The translations under genes and the position numbers were made by a program. The notes below the pieces were generated by a model that worked only from the letters and a program-made list of their open reading frames with translations, did not search any database and had not been told where the DNA came from. From Candidatus Apopatosoma intestinale (GTDB taxonomy: Bacteria > Bacillota > Clostridia > Oscillospirales > CAG-272), in NCBI GenBank assembly GCA_003524145.1, contig DODZ01000035.1:66369-130368 (forward strand): a stretch of DNA of 64,000 bases, written 5' to 3'. Below, in pieces: positions 62,156-64,000 of this stretch (positions within the stretch are counted from its first letter, which is position 1; the number at the start of each line of letters is the position of its first letter).

Positions 62156-62584
62156 TTATATTATATAATCGCAGTTTTCGGGAGCTTTTATGAGGTCGGC
62201 TATCGTGATACCGTCAAAAAACTCGTCCGTCATCTTCTTATATTCGCGCCACATGGGGAGCGTTCTGCAATATGAAGCGCGCGGACACGGCGCGGCACCG
62301 CAGGCAAGGCATGCGACAGGCGCCATGTCCCCCTCGGTCAGGCGCAGAATCTCACCAACGGTATAATCTTCGGGTTCGCGGCAGAGCTTATAGCCGCCGC
62401 CCTTGCCGTGGATTCCCTCGATAAGCGCACCTTTGGCAAGCAGAGGTGTGATTTTTTCTATATATTTGAGCGAAATTTCCTGACGCTCCGCAATTTCGCG
62501 AAGCGGTATATAGCCGCCCCTGTGTTCCGCCAGATCTATCACTACTCTTATGGCGTATCTTCCGCGTGTCGATATCATAGTCAT
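62156..62584 (-). CDS. Rrf2 family transcriptional regulator (CymR/IscR-like)
   Basis: ORF-track call trimmed to ATG at 62584 (MTMISTRGRYAIRVVIDLAEH...), 2 nt after the cysK stop. Contains the HTH and a C-x-x-C-x5-C-type cysteine cluster (ACLACGAAPC). Confidence 0.88.
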   Translation of the reverse strand: MTMISTRGRYAIRVVIDLAEHRGGYIPLREIAERQEISLKYIEKITPLLAKGALIEGIHGKGGGYKLCREPEDYTVGEILRLTEGDMAPVACLACGAAPCPRASYCRTLPMWREYKKMTDEFFDGITIADLIKAPENCDYII

Positions 62585-62586
62585 TC

Positions 62587-63519
62587 TCAGTCGGCAAAAA
62601 GAGGTGTGGAGAGATAGCGGTCGCCTGTATCGGGGAGGAGAACAACTATCGTTTTGCCCTCGTTTTCGGGCTTCTTTGCCAGTTCTATTGCCGCCCATAC
62701 AGCCGCACCCGAGGAGATGCCGACGAGCACGCCCTCGCTCTTGCCGATAAGCTTGCCTGTGGCAAAAGCGTCCTCATTTGCAACGGGAATAATCTCGTCA
62801 TAAATCTTTGTATCGAGAACATCGGGAACAAATCCCGCGCCGATGCCCTGAATTTTATGCGGACCGGCAACGCCTGTCGAAAGCACGGCGGAGGTCGCGG
62901 GCTCGACTGCGACAACCTTTACGGCGGGAAGTTTTGATTTCAGATATTTGCCGACGCCTGTTATAGTGCCGCCGGTGCCGACGCCGGCTACAAAATAGTC
63001 GATATTGCCGTCGGTATCCTCGTATATTTCGGGTCCCGTGGTATCAAAATGCGCCTGCGGATTTGCGGGGTTTACAAATTGACCGGGAATGAAGCTGTCC
63101 GGAATCTCGCGCGCCAGCTCCTCCGCCTTGGCGATGGCACCTTTCATGCCCTTTGCGCCATCGGAGAGGACGAGCTCGGCACCGTATGCCTTCATTATCT
63201 GACGGCGCTCGACAGACATTGTTTCGGGCATAACGATGATGATACGATAGCCTCGTGCCGCGGCAACGGAGGCAAGACCTATGCCTGTATTTCCCGAGGT
63301 CGGCTCGATGATTACGGAGCCTTTTTTGAGAAGTCCTTTCTTTTCCGCATCGTCAATCATAGCCTTTGCCACTCTGTCCTTGACGGAGCCTGCGGGATTG
63401 AAATATTCGAGCTTGGCTACGATTTTTGCCTTCAGCCCGAGCTTTTCTTCAATATGAGAAAGCTCAAGAAGCGGAGTTTTACCGATGAGCTCATCGGCGC
63501 TTTTATAGATTTTTGACAT
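62587..63519 (-). CDS. cysK: Cysteine synthase A (O-acetylserine sulfhydrylase)
   Basis: 310 aa. The PLP Lys lies in NPAGSVKDR. Also contains [10 protein letters not shown] and [21 protein letters not shown] is present. Confidence 0.95.
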   Translation of the reverse strand: MSKIYKSADELIGKTPLLELSHIEEKLGLKAKIVAKLEYFNPAGSVKDRVAKAMIDDAEKKGLLKKGSVIIEPTSGNTGIGLASVAAARGYRIIIVMPETMSVERRQIMKAYGAELVLSDGAKGMKGAIAKAEELAREIPDSFIPGQFVNPANPQAHFDTTGPEIYEDTDGNIDYFVAGVGTGGTITGVGKYLKSKLPAVKVVAVEPATSAVLSTGVAGPHKIQGIGAGFVPDVLDTKIYDEIIPVANEDAFATGKLIGKSEGVLVGISSGAAVWAAIELAKKPENEGKTIVVLLPDTGDRYLSTPLFAD

Positions 63520-63583
63520 GATAATCTCTCCTTTTTTGTGTATTTACTGCCTCTTTATTTACCTACCAACATAGTATGCAGGT

Positions 63584-63612
63584 ATTATAATACTGCCTTG
63601 ATGATTTGTCAA
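63584..63612 (-). promoter_or_regulatory. Consensus sigma-A promoter of the cysK-rrf2 operon with overlapping palindromes
   Basis: On the minus strand: TTGACA (63612-63607), 17 nt, TATAAT (63589-63584). Inverted repeat CCTTGA-n7-TCAAGG overlaps the -35. The 12-bp palindrome GTATTATAATAC covers the -10. Confidence 0.55.
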
Positions 63613-63746
63613 GGGGTTTACGAAAAAAATATGAAATTTCATGTAAAAATTCACTCCTGCGGCTCGGATTTGGCGTTTATCATTGATTTTTGCGTCGAAA
63701 TATGCTAATATAACAAAAAAGACATTTCTGCAAACAGAGGGAAAAC

Positions 63747-64000
63747 ATGAAAAATCTTATCTTTGTAAACGGGACTATGGGTGCGGGCAAAACGGCGACC
63801 TGCACGGCTCTTCGCGATATTATGAAGCCCGCTGTATTTCTCGATGGTGACTGGTGCTGGGATATGCGTCCGTTTACCGTCACGGAGGAGACGAAGCACA
63901 TGGTGCTCGATAATATATGTTATCTCCTCGGTAATTTTATCGCCTGTTCTGAATATAAAAACATAATCTTCTGCTGGGTGATGCACGAACAGAAGATTAT
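63747..64000 (+). CDS. P-loop NTPase / AAA-type kinase-like protein (partial; continues beyond window end)
   Basis: Absent from the ORF track because no stop falls in the window. ATG at 63747 is preceded by AGAGGG. It translates to MKNLIFVNGTMGAGKTATCTALRDIMKPAVFLDGDWCWDMRPF..., with a Walker A motif. Confidence 0.6.
   Translation, partial: MKNLIFVNGTMGAGKTATCTALRDIMKPAVFLDGDWCWDMRPFTVTEETKHMVLDNICYLLGNFIACSEYKNIIFCWVMHEQKI

Noticed and set aside
63680-63986. Two minus-strand ORFs (73 and 93 aa) at the window end
   Set aside because: They are antisense to the plus-strand partial gene, which has an RBS and a clear Walker A motif (GTMGAGKT).
1-64000. Search for CRISPR arrays, tRNA/rRNA genes, transposases, integrases and long direct or inverted repeats
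   Set aside because: I saw no regularly spaced direct repeats and no cloverleaf-like or rRNA-like segments in the few non-coding stretches. All of those are 485 nt or shorter. No DDE, serine- or tyrosine-recombinase motifs appeared in any ORF. This was a by-eye inspection only, so tRNAscan-SE, Infernal and ISfinder searches would be needed for certainty.

Overview
This window looks like chromosomal core DNA from a spore-forming Firmicute of the Clostridia type. Supporting gene content: a complete spoIIIAA-AH operon, AddAB instead of RecBCD, single-chain GlyQS, Hsp33, the TIGR03960/TIGR03936 radical-SAM pair, and Shine-Dalgarno sites of the GGAGG type. I call about 60 densely packed protein-coding genes, many with 4-nt ATGA or TGATG overlaps. 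Bases 1-14594 form one co-directional minus-strand array of 13 genes. I found no rRNA, tRNA, CRISPR array, transposase or integrase by eye. Two genes run off the window edges and are missing from the ORF track: an FRD-like flavoprotein at 1-1700 (-) and a P-loop protein at 63747-64000 (+). Several ORF-track starts were trimmed to the start codon that has a proper RBS. Housekeeping content: hslO, addB, addA, a second type IIA topoisomerase pair, nfo, ychF, rpe, glyQS, ruvX, prfA, tsaC/sua5, coaE, cysK plus an Rrf2 regulator, an M18 aminopeptidase, and a GH29 fucosidase plus SGNH esterase. Candidates most worth a second look: (1) an insulated XRE-S24 repressor + orphan ABC-type ATPase + divergent holin-like peptide module (57.1-59.6 kb); (2) an ABC-DUF1854-ABC exporter module whose two ABC proteins share a cytoplasmic N-domain plus zinc ribbon (26.9-32.1 kb); (3) a four-enzyme redox cluster containing what looks like a split enoate reductase (1-4.8 kb); (4) an unannotated Cys-rich 29-aa micro-ORF behind a mother-cell-type promoter (23.9 kb); (5) a NUDIX-hypoxanthine DNA glycosylase fusion; (6) a two-component operon interrupted by a 274-nt multi-hairpin spacer; (7) addB and addA uncoupled and divergent, with a degenerate orphan response regulator just upstream of addA. 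All functional calls rest on motif recognition by eye. No database search was possible.
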